Positions 1-6,647 of a stretch of 10,294 nucleotides of DNA are shown here, one piece after another (the first letter of the stretch is position 1; every line of letters starts with the position of its first letter). Location of the stretch: the UHGV virus genome UHGV-0227205, one strand, 5' to 3'. The stretch is from a virus. A model generated the notes under the pieces. The model searched no databases, was not told where the DNA came from, and saw nothing but the letters and a program-made list of their open reading frames with translations. The translations under genes were made by a program, and so were the position numbers.

Positions 1-2
1 CT

Positions 3-218
3 GCCACCCCGTGTCAGCAGGGAGACTGCGTCATCCACCGGGCGCGTCAGGGACCAGGCTTTATTGCTCTGCTTGGTGCTGGCCCGGCATTCCAGGTCAT
101 AAAAGACAGTCTGACACTGGGGCTGAATGCGCTGACGTTAACTGATATCACTAAAAATGCCGCGTACGGCGTCGATATCGGCAGCCTGGTGCTGGAAATC
201 AATAATCCCGCAGCATAA
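3..218 (+). CDS. Hypothetical protein, C-terminal fragment (5' end outside window)
   Basis: Frame 3 is open from the first base of the window to TAA at 216-218 (71 codons, no in-frame stop; the other two plus frames hit stops at about 97 and 143). Same strand as the R-like gene and 23 bp upstream of it; an AGGAG-like RBS for R (227-231) follows its stop. No family recognised from the fragment (ends ...SLVLEINNPAA). In P2 synteny this position is the lysis-gene end of the operon, but the fragment does not look like an Rz/LysB coiled coil. Confidence 0.3.
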   Translation, partial: ATPCQQGDCVIHRARQGPGFIALLGAGPAFQVIKDSLTLGLNALTLTDITKNAAYGVDIGSLVLEINNPAA

Positions 219-241
219 GGAAGAGCAGGAGAGCAAAACAG

Positions 242-709
242 ATGCTTAAGACAAACAGTCTGCGAGAGTCCATGCTTCATGGGTGTCGGTGGTGCCAGGC
301 TAATCCCGAGAAATTCACCATTTTCGTGGAGAGCGGCAACATTGAAACGACCGGAGAAGCGCCCTCGTTTGTTTACCGCTATCAGATGGTGATGTTTGTC
401 ATGGATTACGCCGGAGAGCTGGACGACCTCACGCTGCCGCTGCTGGCGTGGTTATCCGAAAATCAGCCACAGTTGTTGCTCAATCCGGAGCGTAATCAGG
501 ACATCAAATTTTCTGCCGTTATCAATGACGATGACAGCGCCGATCTCCTGTTTACGCTCCCCCTGCGGGAACGCGTTCGCATCACGCGCAACAGTCAGGG
601 CACACCGCAGGCAGAACACCTGCCGGAGCCAAAACCCCGTCTGCCTTCTTCCGAAGGCGACTGGTCGCATGTATTCCAGGATGTGACGTGGGGTGAAAGC
701 GATGGATAA
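242..709 (+). CDS. R: P2 gpR-like tail completion protein
   Basis: 155-aa ORF with ATG at 242 preceded by an AGGAG-like RBS. N-terminus MLKTNSLRE... and length resemble P2 gpR as I recall it. Sits immediately upstream of S-V-W-J-I-H in P2 gene order. Stop overlaps the next start (ATGGATAA). Confidence 0.7.
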   Translation: MLKTNSLRESMLHGCRWCQANPEKFTIFVESGNIETTGEAPSFVYRYQMVMFVMDYAGELDDLTLPLLAWLSENQPQLLLNPERNQDIKFSAVINDDDSADLLFTLPLRERVRITRNSQGTPQAEHLPEPKPRLPSSEGDWSHVFQDVTWGESDG

Positions 710-1337
710 GGCATTCACCCGCGTGGATGAAACCTTTGAGGCTATCCGCGACAGCCTGAATCAGCAGGCCATCAATAACATCGCCAGAAAGCTGGCACAG
801 GATTTACGTCGCGCCCAGCAGGCACGTATCCGGTCACAAAAAGCGCCGGACGGGACCGAATGGACACCACGCAGACGCCGCGTAACCCGGATACAGGAGC
901 GCATTCGCTTTATCTGGAATAACGAAGCACGCACGCTGAAAAACTGGCATCACGACACAGGGAAATACGGGCGAACCATTACCGGGTGGGATGAGGATAA
1001 AAACAATATCCGCACGTTTTACCGGGATGACATCGACCGTTTTCTGGAAATACGCACCCGGCGCATCAACCAGGACAGCACAAAGCGCGTCCCCATGTTC
1101 GTAAAACTGCGCACCGCCCGCTACCTGAAAGCCCGTGCAGATGCCTCCGGTGTGACGGTGGGTTACAGCGGCGTGGCCGCACGTATTGCACGCGTTCATC
1201 AGTTCGGTGAGCGCGATCAGGTTGCGCCGGGCATTTTCACCGATTACCCGGTACGTGAGCTGTTGGGTATCAGCCAGGCAGATGAGCGCCTGATTTATAA
1301 CACGGTGCTGGGCCGGATTGCGGAGGCTGTACGGTGA
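702..1337 (+). CDS. S: P2 gpS-like tail completion / virion morphogenesis protein
   Basis: ORF in P2-syntenic position between R and V. ATG at 702 overlaps the R stop; an alternative GTG start at 693 is possible. Basic, Arg-rich protein. Family assignment is by synteny and size rather than recalled motifs. Confidence 0.65.
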   Translation: MDKAFTRVDETFEAIRDSLNQQAINNIARKLAQDLRRAQQARIRSQKAPDGTEWTPRRRRVTRIQERIRFIWNNEARTLKNWHHDTGKYGRTITGWDEDKNNIRTFYRDDIDRFLEIRTRRINQDSTKRVPMFVKLRTARYLKARADASGVTVGYSGVAARIARVHQFGERDQVAPGIFTDYPVRELLGISQADERLIYNTVLGRIAEAVR

Positions 1338-1915
1338 GCGCAGAACTCATGCGACTGCTGAGCAACATCATCCGCACCGGGATCATCTCTGAAGTTGATG
1401 AGAAGTCCTGGCGCGTGCGCGTTCGCAGCGGCGAACTGGAAACAGGCTGGTTGCGCTGGAACACCACGCGCGCGGGAGCCTTCAATGTGTGGCTGCCGCC
1501 ATCACCAGGCGAACAGGTGGTAATTGCCTGCATTGGCGGCAACCCGGAAACCGCCATGATAATTGGCAGCCTGTGGAGTGATGCCAGTCCGGCCCCCGGC
1601 AAAAGCCTGAAAGAAATCGTGGTCAGCGCGCCGGATGGCGCGGTGTTCCGCTACGACGCAGACGCTGGCGCACTGAGCGCCAGCGGCATGAAAACAGCCA
1701 CCCTGCAGGCATCCGTCAGCGTGACACTGGATACGCCCGTCGTGGAATGCACAAACCTTCTGAGAACGGCGACGCTTGACGTCACAAAAGAGGGAAAGAT
1801 GAGCGGCAATATCACGCACAGCGGCGGCAATTTCACCTCAAACGGCATTACCGTGCATACGCATAAGCACGGTGGCGTTAAAGGTGGCAGCGATTCGACA
1901 GGAGGCCCGCAGTGA
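1334..1915 (+). CDS. V: Baseplate assembly protein V (spike/hub), P2 gpV-like
   Basis: 193-aa ORF; GTG start at 1334 overlaps the S stop (GTGA), with an alternative ATG at 1349. Motifs ...IRTGIISEVDE..., GWLRW, PSPGEQVVI, C-terminal GITVHTHKHGG and Gly-rich tail match P2 gpV as recalled. Syntenic with W-J-I. Confidence 0.9.
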   Translation: MSAELMRLLSNIIRTGIISEVDEKSWRVRVRSGELETGWLRWNTTRAGAFNVWLPPSPGEQVVIACIGGNPETAMIIGSLWSDASPAPGKSLKEIVVSAPDGAVFRYDADAGALSASGMKTATLQASVSVTLDTPVVECTNLLRTATLDVTKEGKMSGNITHSGGNFTSNGITVHTHKHGGVKGGSDSTGGPQ

Positions 1916-2262
1916 CAACCCGCTACACAGGAATGAACCCGGACGGGACGGGAAACCTGAACGATATGGAGCACCTGAAACAGTCAGTCAGGGACATCCT
2001 GATCACCCCGCTGGCAAGCCGGGTTATGCGACGGGAATATGGCAGCCTTGTGCCTGATTTGATTGACGAACCCATGAATAACACCACGCGTCTGCAATGC
2101 ATGAGTGCTGCCGTGATTGCGCTGACACGATGGGAACCCCGCATTGCCCTGGACGCCATCGACGTTGTCTGGAAGGCAGGAGGCCGCGCCGGGGTGACGC
2201 TGTCGGGCACTGTCATGCAGACCATGCAGAATGTTGAATTAACCATCACGCTGAGAGAGTAA
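1912..2262 (+). CDS. W: Baseplate wedge protein W (GPW/gp25 family), P2 gpW-like
   Basis: 116-aa ORF; GTG start overlaps the V stop (GTGA). MTTRYTGMN..., VMRREYGSL and WEPRI motifs match P2 gpW as recalled. Confidence 0.9.
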   Translation: MTTRYTGMNPDGTGNLNDMEHLKQSVRDILITPLASRVMRREYGSLVPDLIDEPMNNTTRLQCMSAAVIALTRWEPRIALDAIDVVWKAGGRAGVTLSGTVMQTMQNVELTITLRE

Positions 2263-2265
2263 ATC

Positions 2266-3162
2266 ATGCCTGCTGTTGATCTTTCCCAGTTACCGGAACC
2301 CGCCATCATCGCGGAGCCTGATTTTGAGGCAATTCTGGCTGACACAAAGGCCATGATGATTGCGTCCTATCCTGCCGAACAGCGTGAAGCCGTCTCCGCC
2401 GCGCTGGAGCTGGAATCAGAACCCCTGAACGTTATCGCTCAAACCATGTCGTTTCGTGAAATGCTGTTACGCCAGCGGGTTAACGAGGGCGCACGCGCCT
2501 GCATGTTAAGCCACGGTTCAGGGACAAACCTGGACAACCTCGCGGGCAATATGAACACAAAGCGCCTGGTTATCACTCCGGCAACGGATACCACCGACGC
2601 GGTGATGGAGAGCGACACCTCGCTGAGACTGCGGGCGCAGCGGGCGTATGACGGCCTGAGTGTTGCTGGCCCGTCAGGTGCATACGAGTATTTTGCACGC
2701 AGCGCCAGCGGTCTGGTGCGTGATGCGCGGGCCATCAGCCCGTCTCCGGCCTGTGTGACGGTTTCCATTCTGTCCACTGAAGGCGACGGCACAGCAACGG
2801 AGGCGTTGCTTAATACCGTTCGCGCCGTTCTGAATGCAGAGGATACCCGCCCGGTGGCCGACCGACTGACCGTACAGAGCGCCAGCATCGTGACATGGCG
2901 GCTGAATGCAAAACTGTACTTTTACCCCGGCCCGGAATCCGAACCTATTCTGGCTGCGGCTGAATCGTCGTTCAGGAAGTGGCTGGCTGAGCAGGGGCTT
3001 ATTGGTCAGGACGTGGCGTTGTCAGCCATTGCTGCCGCACTTCATGTGCACGGCGTGCAACGCGTGGAGATAATCGAACCCACACAGAATATGGCCATCA
3101 GCGACATACAGGCGGCGCGCTGTGAGTCATTCACCATCAGCGAAGGTGGGCGTAATGAGTAA
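2266..3162 (+). CDS. J: Baseplate assembly protein J (gp6-like), P2 gpJ-like
   Basis: 298-aa ORF starting 3 bp after the W stop. MPAVDLSQLPEP..., LESEPL, RQRVNE, SPSPACVT, RPVADRLTVQSA, YFYPGPESEPI and LHVHGVQRVEI match P2 gpJ as recalled. Stop overlaps the I start (ATGAGTAA). Confidence 0.9.
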   Translation: MPAVDLSQLPEPAIIAEPDFEAILADTKAMMIASYPAEQREAVSAALELESEPLNVIAQTMSFREMLLRQRVNEGARACMLSHGSGTNLDNLAGNMNTKRLVITPATDTTDAVMESDTSLRLRAQRAYDGLSVAGPSGAYEYFARSASGLVRDARAISPSPACVTVSILSTEGDGTATEALLNTVRAVLNAEDTRPVADRLTVQSASIVTWRLNAKLYFYPGPESEPILAAAESSFRKWLAEQGLIGQDVALSAIAAALHVHGVQRVEIIEPTQNMAISDIQAARCESFTISEGGRNE

Positions 3163-3685
3163 TTCACTGTTACCGCCATCAGCCAGCAATTTCATGCGTT
3201 GCGCCGAAGCTGTCGGAGCGCGCATTACAGACATCCCGGTAGACCTCAACACGCTGTGGTCACCGGACACCTGCCCGGTGCATCTGCTGCCTTATCTCGC
3301 CTGGGCATTTTCCGTTGACCGCTGGGATCGCAACTGGCCGGAAGAGACAAAGCGACAGGTGATTCGTGATGCATGGCTGATACACCGACACAAAGGGACC
3401 ATCAGCGCACTGCGCCGGGCCATTGAGCCGCTGGGATACCTCATTCGCGTGTCTGAGTGGTGGGAGTTCGGCGGAGAACCGGGAACATTTACCGTTGAAG
3501 TCGGCACGCTGGACAGTGGCGTGACGGAGGAAATGTATCTGGAAATGGAGCGGTTGATTGCTGATGCCCGCCCGGTCAGCCGCCACATGACAGGGCTGAA
3601 TATCATTCAGGAGATTCAGGGAGATATTTTCGCGGCGGCAGCAACTTACGACGGCGAAGTCATTACCATTTATCCGGACGATTAA
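3155..3685 (+). CDS. I: Baseplate/tail protein I, P2 gpI-like
   Basis: ATG at 3155 overlapping the J stop; the longer track ORF from 3122 is probably an upstream extension. Motifs LWSPDTCPVHLLPYLAWAFSVDRWD, HRHKGTISALRRAIEPLGYLI, EMERLIADARP and YDGEVITIYP match P2 gpI as recalled. Confidence 0.9.
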   Translation: MSNSLLPPSASNFMRCAEAVGARITDIPVDLNTLWSPDTCPVHLLPYLAWAFSVDRWDRNWPEETKRQVIRDAWLIHRHKGTISALRRAIEPLGYLIRVSEWWEFGGEPGTFTVEVGTLDSGVTEEMYLEMERLIADARPVSRHMTGLNIIQEIQGDIFAAAATYDGEVITIYPDD

Positions 3686-3687
3686 GC

Positions 3688-5031
3688 ATGAGTACCACAA
3701 CACGTAAATTTAAAACCGTTATCACCGATACGGGTGCCAAAAAATTAGCTCAGGCAGCCGCGCCAGATGGTAAGCCTGTCCGCCTGACTCATATGGCCGT
3801 GGGCGACGGTGGCGGCACGTTGCCCACACCAGACAGTAAGCAGACCCGTCTGGTGCATGAGGTGTGGCGACATACTGTTAATCGCGTCATCCTGGACGCA
3901 ACACATCAGAACCGCATTATTGCGGAGCTGGTTATTCCTCCTGAAACGGGCGGATTCTGGATCCGGGAAATTGGTGTATTTGATGAGCACGGCGATTTAA
4001 TCGCGGTGGGCAATACTGCCGAAAGTTACAAGCCAGCCGTTGCCGAAGGGTCCGGTCGTGCACAAACATTTCGCACCATTCTGACCGTATCCAGCACTGC
4101 CACCGTGGTGCTTACCGTGGATAACACCATGGTGATGGCCACAGTGGATTACGTGGATGACAAACTGAAAGAGCATGAACAGTCACGACGTCACCCGGAC
4201 GCCTCGCTGACCGCAAAAGGCTTTGTTCAACTCAGTAGCGCCACTAACAGCGTGTCTGAAACGCAGGCTGCAACGCCGAAAGCAGTAAAGGCCGCGTATG
4301 ACCTTGCTAACGGTAAATATACTGCGCAGGATGCCAGCACGACGCGAAAAGGCCTTGTCCAGCTCAGTAGCGCCACCAACAGCACGTCTGAAACGCAGGC
4401 TGCAACGCCGAAAGCAGTAAAGGCCGCGTATGACCTTGCTAACGCAAAATATACCGCTCAGGACGCCACGACGGCACAAAAAGGGATAGTCCAGCTCAGT
4501 AGTGCCACCAACAGCACGTCTGAAACACTGGCCGCGACATCGAAAGCTGTTAAGGCGGTAATGGATGAAACGAACAAGAAAGCGCCCTTAAATAGTCCTG
4601 CACTGACCGGAACGCCAACAACACCAACTGCGCGACAGGGAACGAATAATACCCAAATCGCAAGCACGGCTTATGTTATGGCTGCGATCGCTGCCCTCGT
4701 GGACTCGTCGCCTGACGCACTGAATACGCTGAACGAGCTGGCTGCGGCGTTGGGCAACGACCCGAATTTTGCGACCACCATGACTAGCGCGCTTGCGGGT
4801 AAGCAACCGAAAGATGCCACCCTGACGGCGCTGGCCGGGCTTGCTACTGCGGCAGACAGGTTTCCGTATTTTACGGGGAATGATGTTGCCAGTCTGGCAA
4901 CCCTGACAAAAGTTGGGCGGGATATTCTTGCGAAATCGACCGTTGCCGCCGTTATCGAATACCTCGGTTTACAGGAAACGGTAAACAAGGCTGGTAACGC
5001 CGTTCAGCGTTCCGGCGCATTACCGCCTTAA
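3688..5031 (+). CDS. H: Tail fibre protein H, P2 gpH-like, apparently 3'-truncated (constant N-terminal part only; possible pseudogene)
   Basis: 447-aa ORF starting 3 bp after the I stop. N-terminus (..TVITDTGAKKLAQA..MAVGDGGG..EVWRH..IIAELVIPPE..GGFW.RE.G..D..G.LIAV.N.AESYKP..AEGSGR..) matches the P2 H attachment domain. It then has three tandem repeats and a ...GIVQLSSATNSTSETLAAT.KAVKAVMDETNKKAPL...ALNTLNELAAALGNDP...VIEYLGLQETVNKAGNAVQ segment shared with lambda Stf. Recognisable sequence stops at 5007, then 7 codons (RSGALPP) and TAA. P2 H is about 670 aa as I recall, so the distal receptor-binding part appears to be missing, and no G gene follows. Confidence 0.85.
   Translation: MSTTTRKFKTVITDTGAKKLAQAAAPDGKPVRLTHMAVGDGGGTLPTPDSKQTRLVHEVWRHTVNRVILDATHQNRIIAELVIPPETGGFWIREIGVFDEHGDLIAVGNTAESYKPAVAEGSGRAQTFRTILTVSSTATVVLTVDNTMVMATVDYVDDKLKEHEQSRRHPDASLTAKGFVQLSSATNSVSETQAATPKAVKAAYDLANGKYTAQDASTTRKGLVQLSSATNSTSETQAATPKAVKAAYDLANAKYTAQDATTAQKGIVQLSSATNSTSETLAATSKAVKAVMDETNKKAPLNSPALTGTPTTPTARQGTNNTQIASTAYVMAAIAALVDSSPDALNTLNELAAALGNDPNFATTMTSALAGKQPKDATLTALAGLATAADRFPYFTGNDVASLATLTKVGRDILAKSTVAAVIEYLGLQETVNKAGNAVQRSGALPP
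4198..4563 (+). repeat. Tandem direct repeat, 132-bp (44-codon) unit, 2 full copies plus 1 partial, in frame within H
   Basis: Copy 1 at 4198-4329 (DASLTAKGFVQLSSATNSVSETQAATPKAVKAAYDLANGKYTAQ), copy 2 at 4330-4461 (DASTTRKGLVQLSSATNSTSETQAATPKAVKAAYDLANAKYTAQ), copy 3 at 4462-4563 (DATTAQKGIVQLSSATNSTSETLAATSKAVKAVM, then diverges into DETNKKAP). Copies are near-identical at nucleotide level by eye. Confidence 0.9.
4480..4563 (+). repeat. Inverted repeat, left arm (H repeat core KGIVQLSSATNSTSETLAATSKAVKAVM)
   Basis: 84 nt at 4480-4563 align codon for codon with the reverse complement of 5018-5101 (stf KGIVQLSSATNSTSESLAATPKAVKAVM). I count 70/84 identical, with the last 15 nt (GTTAAGGCGGTAATG) identical. 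Confidence 0.8.
4952..4977. other. Candidate Din-family (Gin/Cin/Pin/Hin-type) invertase crossover site, orphan
   Basis: TTATCGAATACCTCGGTTTACAGGAA at 4952-4977. As I recall, Mu gixL is TTCCTGTAAACCGAGGTTTTGGATAA; its reverse complement TTATCCAAAACCTCGGTTTACAGGAA differs from the window at 2 of 26 positions. The site is 12-bp half-sites around a central TC dinucleotide and lies inside the H codons VIEYLGLQE. No second site in inverted orientation and no invertase gene were found in the window by eye. Confidence 0.6.
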
Positions 5032-6496
5032 CCGCTTTTGGCGTTGCCGCCAGTGACTCGGAAGTGCTGTTGGTCGCACTGCTGAGCTGTACTATCCCCT
5101 TTTTCGTCGTGCTCGCATCCTCAAGCGCCACGGCGGATGCAATATCCTCTGCCCGTTTTGCCGCTGTCTCGGCGCGCGTTGCCGCGGATTCCGCCGTACT
5201 TTTGCTCTGAGCTGCCGCCGTCGCACTGCCAGCTGCCTCTGTCGCCTTCGTGGATGCCGTCGTGGCGCTGCCCTTTGCTGCTGACGCCTGTCTGGTCGCC
5301 TCATCTTTTGAAGCAGACGCAGATGATGCCGATGACGCCGCTGAACTGGCTGACGATGCGGCTGCCGCCTTAGAGGAAGCAGCATTGTCTGCTGAAGTCT
5401 TTGCATTTGTTTCAGAGGTTTTTGCTGCAGAAGCAGACCTCGCTGCTGCAGTGGCTTGCTCAGTGGCTTTGCCAGCCTTCGTTGTGGCTGTTGAAGCGGA
5501 TGATGCGGCGCTTTCTGCCGATTTTCCGGCGGCGGTGGCACTGGCTGAGGCCTGCCCGGCACTTGTTGACGCGGCACTGGCAGATAATGCAGCCGCTGTT
5601 TTTGAACCTGCCGCAGCTGAGGCGCTCTGTCCCGCTGCTGTTTCAGAAGACTTAGCGTTCGTCTCGGACGTTTTTGCCGCCTTCGCGGAATTTCCTGCCG
5701 CCGTTGCCGAGGAAGCTGCACTACTGGCACTTGATGATGCATTCGTTTCTGAAGATTTCGCTGCCTCTTTTGAGGCCGCCGCACCCCGTGCCGAGGTGGC
5801 AGCTTCTGACGCCTTCGTGGTCGCTGTGGATGCAGAAGTGGCTGCCGATTTTTGTGATGCTGCGGCATTCGTTTCTGACGTTTTCGCGGCACTGGCGCTG
5901 GTAGCTGCCGCGCTTTTTGATGACTCTGCAGCAGCAGCACTTTTTGCTGCTTCACGGGCCTTTGTCGATGCCGTTCCTGCGCTGGAAGACGCTGACTGAG
6001 CCGACGACGCGGCCTGTCCGGCTGACGTGCTGGCGGCACGTGATGAGGCTGCAGCATCGGTTGCATGAGTTGCCGCCTCGCTGGCTGATGCACTGGCATC
6101 GCTGGCTGATTTTTTCGCGGCTGCCGTATTCTGTGCAACCGCGGAGGCGTTACGTGACACCTCTTCTACCATCTGCTCAAAGCGGCGCAGTGCCTCCGGT
6201 CGTACATCATCCTCCGTCATGGCACCGAGAAAATCATTCAGCGTACCTGGTCTGGAACCTTCATAGACGGTAATGGTCCCGGCATGTGAAGGCGGAAAAC
6301 CTTCAACCAGCAGGGTGACGCTGTACTGACCATGCTCAACATCCATGCTGTAACGTCCGGCTTCATCCGGATTTTCAGAGGCCACCGTGTTCACCACCAC
6401 CGTGCTGCTGGTTCGTCTGGCCTTCAGCACAATGGTGCAGTTCTGTACTGGTTTTCCTGTGCCATCTTTAAGCACGCCAGAAATTTTTACTGTCAT
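4952..6496 (-). CDS. stf: Side tail fibre protein, lambda Stf-like, apparently 3'-truncated (N-terminal and shaft part only; possible pseudogene)
   Basis: 514-aa minus-strand ORF with ATG at 6494-6496 and a GGTGGA RBS. N-terminus MTVKISGVLKDGTGKPVQNCTIVLKARR...YSMDVEHGQYSV...GFPPSHAGTITVYE...GTLNDFL is almost identical to lambda Stf as recalled. It continues into the Ala/Ser-rich shaft with KTSETNA repeats and then ...AVALEDASTTKKGIVQLSSATNSTSESLAATPKAVKAVM. The last 21 codons (RRNAERRYQPCLPFPVNRGIR) are the antisense of the H 3' end, not Stf sequence. Lambda Stf is about 770 aa as I recall; the C-terminal receptor-binding part and tfa are absent. Confidence 0.85.
   Translation of the reverse strand: MTVKISGVLKDGTGKPVQNCTIVLKARRTSSTVVVNTVASENPDEAGRYSMDVEHGQYSVTLLVEGFPPSHAGTITVYEGSRPGTLNDFLGAMTEDDVRPEALRRFEQMVEEVSRNASAVAQNTAAAKKSASDASASASEAATHATDAAASSRAASTSAGQAASSAQSASSSAGTASTKAREAAKSAAAAESSKSAAATSASAAKTSETNAAASQKSAATSASTATTKASEAATSARGAAASKEAAKSSETNASSSASSAASSATAAGNSAKAAKTSETNAKSSETAAGQSASAAAGSKTAAALSASAASTSAGQASASATAAGKSAESAASSASTATTKAGKATEQATAAARSASAAKTSETNAKTSADNAASSKAAAASSASSAASSASSASASKDEATRQASAAKGSATTASTKATEAAGSATAAAQSKSTAESAATRAETAAKRAEDIASAVALEDASTTKKGIVQLSSATNSTSESLAATPKAVKAVMRRNAERRYQPCLPFPVNRGIR
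5018..5101 (-). repeat. Inverted repeat, right arm (stf KGIVQLSSATNSTSESLAATPKAVKAVM)
   Basis: Reverse complement of 5018-5101 matches 4480-4563 at about 83% identity. The arm begins exactly where recognisable stf coding sequence ends (ATG codon at 5018-5020 on the minus strand). Confidence 0.8.
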
Positions 6497-6510
6497 ACTT
6501 TTCCACCAAT

Positions 6511-6544
6511 AAAAAAAGCCCGCAGCAGTGACGCCACGGGCTTC
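6511..6544 (-). terminator. Putative intrinsic terminator downstream of lom
   Basis: On the minus-strand transcript: stem AGCCCG (revcomp of 6537-6542), 14-nt loop, stem CGGGCT (revcomp of 6517-6522), then a run of 7 T (revcomp of the A-run 6511-6517). Stem is short with a large loop, so strength is uncertain. The stf RBS follows directly. Confidence 0.5.
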
Positions 6545-6647
6545 AGGACAGTGTAACTTTACGTTTCCTCAAACGCAGTTCACCCCATAAGGTGGATGAA
6601 CCTGCGTATCATAACAATATTTACAGAAGATAAATCGGCGTCTGTTG

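Noticed and set aside
47-3703. Minus-strand ORFs antisense to or overlapping the P2-like operon (47-280, 452-718, 834-1199, 1270-1602, 1502-1819, 1651-1974, 1923-2354, 2439-2888, 3260-3703, 3292-3606, 3745-3990) and plus-strand shifted-frame ORFs 396-686, 1872-2057 and 3809-4000
   Set aside because: Each is fully covered by a plus-strand gene with clear P2 homology and translational coupling. None has a recognisable family or its own signals.
4198-4563. Possible CRISPR array or diversity-generating retroelement repeat
   Set aside because: The repeats are directly adjacent with no spacers, are in frame within H and encode conserved fibre motifs. No cas genes and no reverse transcriptase or template/variable repeat pair are in the window.
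4183-4806. Minus-strand ORFs 4183-4479, 4458-4667, 4588-4806 and 4671-4988 inside H
   Set aside because: Antisense to the well-supported H reading frame. The internal duplication in the 4183-4479 product merely mirrors the tandem H repeats.
242-5031. R-type tailocin (phage-tail bacteriocin) cluster
   Set aside because: Only the baseplate and fibre genes are in the window. Sheath, tube and lysis genes cannot be seen, and H lacks a receptor-binding tip, so nothing here specifically supports a tailocin over an ordinary prophage remnant.
5092-6138. 348-aa minus-strand ORF (Arg/Gln/Pro-rich) and 249-aa plus-strand ORF 5250-5999 (Ala/Asp-rich), plus smaller ORFs 5137-5373, 5401-5655, 5674-5904 and 5917-6273
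   Set aside because: All lie inside the stf coding region in other frames or on the opposite strand. Their extreme composition is what a GC-rich Ala/Ser-repeat gene produces in shifted frames. The Stf-matching frame explains the region.
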